Shown: positions 61,494-64,000 of the stretch, piece by piece
Layout: each line of letters starts with the position of its first letter
How positions within the stretch are numbered: the first letter of the stretch is position 1
From: Pseudogymnoascus verrucosus
Taxonomy: Eukaryota
NCBI GenBank assembly: GCA_001662655.1
Contig: KV460220.1
Length of the DNA stretch: 64,000 nt
Reading direction: 5' to 3' (one strand)
The notes under the pieces: generated by a model
What the model was told of the DNA's origin: nothing
Database searches by the model: none
The model's input: the letters and a program-made list of their open reading frames with translations, nothing else
Position numbers and translations under genes: made by a program

Positions 61494-63834
61494 TCACTCC
61501 TGGTCTTTCCTCGCCTCCTGAACACCCACAATTCTTCTTGTCCACCTCACTTCCTCCCAGTCAGACTTGCGAATGTTGTCCACATGCAACATCCACCCGT
61601 TTCCTCCCACCTGTGCCTTCAGCCTCCCCAAACATCTCACCATCCCGGGCTCTTCACAATTCCCCGTCAAAAGCTCCCTACTTTCTCTCTCCTGCAACGC
61701 TGATACCAGGTAATTCGCCAAAACACCATTCACGAAAGGAGGGCTGTTGTGGAAAACATCCGCAAACTGGAAAATCTGCTTGTGCGTCCCATCTTCTCGA
61801 GATGAGAAGGTTACGCGGCAAAAAAGCTCAATGATGGCGTCTTGGTTAAGGCGGTTGCAGAAGGAACCCGCTCGTATGCATTCCCCAATGCGAAAGCAGG
61901 TGCGAAGTATTGTGCAAGTTGTGAGACCTGGGATGACAGAACAGTTGGAGACTTTTTCTGGAAATGGAGAGCGCGCGAAAGGTGTGAGGGGGATATACTC
62001 GTGGCTGTCATCGTTCGCTGAGCTGGGACCAGATGGCCCTGGGGTCATTGGGAGTGCGGTTTGTGGAGCGTTATTGCGAAGGGACTCAATGTTCTTTGGC
62101 ACAGCGGGATTGTGATTGAGAAAGGACCAGTCTTCTGGCTCTGCTAATGACTCGACGCTGGGCTGGACTCGTAGCTGATTGCTGTTAATTATATTGTCAC
62201 TGTGCTTGATCGACGGAGAAGAATAGGTAAGTTTCTCATCATATACTTCCCTATCCCGGGATCTCACGTCGGATTCAGTCCAGTTGCTTGGGGATGAATG
62301 GGTCTCGACGATTACCGGATTATCTTGTTCTGCCAGGTTAGCCAGTTCGGCTTCATCTGTATCATCCATGAAATATTCATCATGGGTGCTTTGCAGCCTC
62401 GAAGAGGATCGGGAGGCATTCTTGAACCGAGCACTTGATTTGACGCCGTTGTCAGGAGATGTGGTCGCTTGATGTCGAGCATAGTTATGGACGTTCTCAT
62501 GTTCCGCCATAATTTCCATCAAATCGTCATCAGCAACGCCGTCATCAAAATCATCGCTTCCATGCTCAGCAGGAAAATGGACGGAGGCCTTGTGAGGCAG
62601 CGTACGAGGAGTTGGGAGTATATTGGGTAAGGCAAGATCGTCGATATTGAACTGAGCGAAATCTTCGTCGTCCAAACCTTCATCCCAACCTTCGCAAGAA
62701 GCTTCATGCCTCCTGATATTTGATGAATTGTTCATTTCAGTACCGAAAGCGGAATCTCTGTAGATACTGGAACTGACTTCGAAAGATTCTGAATGGTCTT
62801 GCTGCGGAATGCTGTTGCTAACACTACCATAATTTTTGACATAAGCTCGAGCTTCCGTGGAGCAAGAGAAATTGGCGCTTTCGGCAAAAAGATCGTCAAA
62901 ATCATCTTCGGGCTCTCCCGAAGTAGCAAGTGCATGAGGTGTTTGGTGAGACACGTCTGCGTATACTTCATGCTCGACCGGCGACAGAGCGTCCTCGGGC
63001 GCTGGCAAAGTATAATTGTCATTTTTTCCATTCCTTATACTTTGCTCGTGGGCAAATAAGTGTGTCTCTAAATTCGCCGTGTCTGTGGGTCGGTTCAATG
63101 ACATGGCCTGGTCCAAGGTAGCTTGGTCCAATTCCGCATTGACAGCAGGTGTTTTGAACCTAAACGCGGCCAGTTTTTCCAGGGTGGTTTGCCCGAGCCC
63201 AATATGCCCAGCCTGAGCAATCTTGTCAAGTGTAGAAGGTGCATTTATTGTGAATTCTGTGCTCTTCTTGAGATGTGCCTCGTCATATGGTCGTTGTGCA
63301 TTTGGTTTGCTGATGCTTGTGTTGGGGAAAACTTTGGTCTGCTTTGACAGAGCTGAGTTCGTTCTTCGCGAGGCAGATTTCTTCGCACCATGCGGCAAGG
63401 ATGGCTGTGATAAATTGTGCTTGTCGGGTGTAGGTATATATGCGAATCTTTTTGAAAGCGGGCTATCGTCTTTACGCCGTGGTTTCTTCATATGGACCGC
63501 AGGCGCGCTTTTGTTTCGAGTAGAGACCGTTGACTGCCGCTTTCGTTTTTGGGGAAGTTGAGAAACAGGCAATGGATCATCGTCCTGAGGGATATCGTAA
63601 AGTGCATCGCTATTCTTTCCCCAGCCCGATTGCACAGGCTGGTTGACGGGGGTGAACGATGGCGCTCGATAAGAGGGAGGTGAGCCATCAGGCTCCAAAT
63701 ACCTAAACCGCCATTAATATTATGCGGTAGTATTTGGCAGAATAGAGCCTCAACCCATTCAACTGGCGGTCATTTTCAAGGGAAGTTGGAGTTCTGACAG
63801 CTGTCTCATCCCATCCATGGTACCTTGATGGCAT
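61494..63834 (-). CDS. Hypothetical protein with long acidic/disordered region and conserved fungal C-terminal domain
   Basis: 734-codon open frame 63698-61494. Acceptor TTTAG at 63703 with a likely upstream exon from ATG 63834. The C-terminal LRTCFRIGECI..IELFCRVTFSSRE..QIFQFADVFHNSPPFVNGVL..RCLGRL is a globular block. Confidence 0.75.
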
Positions 63835-64000
63835 TGTCAAGTCAACTTTTCATGGGGGTACTTGGGCAATGAAGCTTCAATATTATACACACAAGGTTAA
63901 ATAAATTCAACAATTGCGAATCCTACGACTTTTACGCCGTGAATCATACAATAATACAGTTGTGATGTGCTCTGGAAAGTTTAATGATTGGAACTTGACG

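Overview
Eukaryotic, intron-containing DNA from a filamentous ascomycete (short GT-AG introns with CTRAY branch sites; Pezizomycotina, possibly Leotiomycetes, which is inference only). I can support about 17 protein-coding genes. An accessory-looking left block (0-13 kb) holds a secreted HEXXH metalloprotease-like protein, a two-WSC-domain secreted protein, a multi-TM/ankyrin protein, a CE5 acetylxylan esterase, an ABM-like protein starting with a histone-H3-like MARTKQS, an F-box protein and a DHA1 MFS transporter. A conserved block (14-37 kb) holds an AZUL-HECT E3, REI1, a conserved hypothetical, a histidine phosphatase/PGM-family gene whose ATG is created by splicing, a small mitochondrial-like protein, an 8xCCCH-2EXR fusion, CCT5 and a CCCH/RWD-like/CHY zinc-finger protein. 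A roughly 22 kb gene-poor, microsatellite-rich region (37.7-59.6 kb) contains only a Mks1-like DUF1752/DUF3295 gene. It is followed by a degenerate tyrosine-recombinase-like relic missed by the ORF track and a large hypothetical gene. No tRNA, rRNA or CRISPR array was recognised. All family assignments come from motif recognition by eye, not from database searches.
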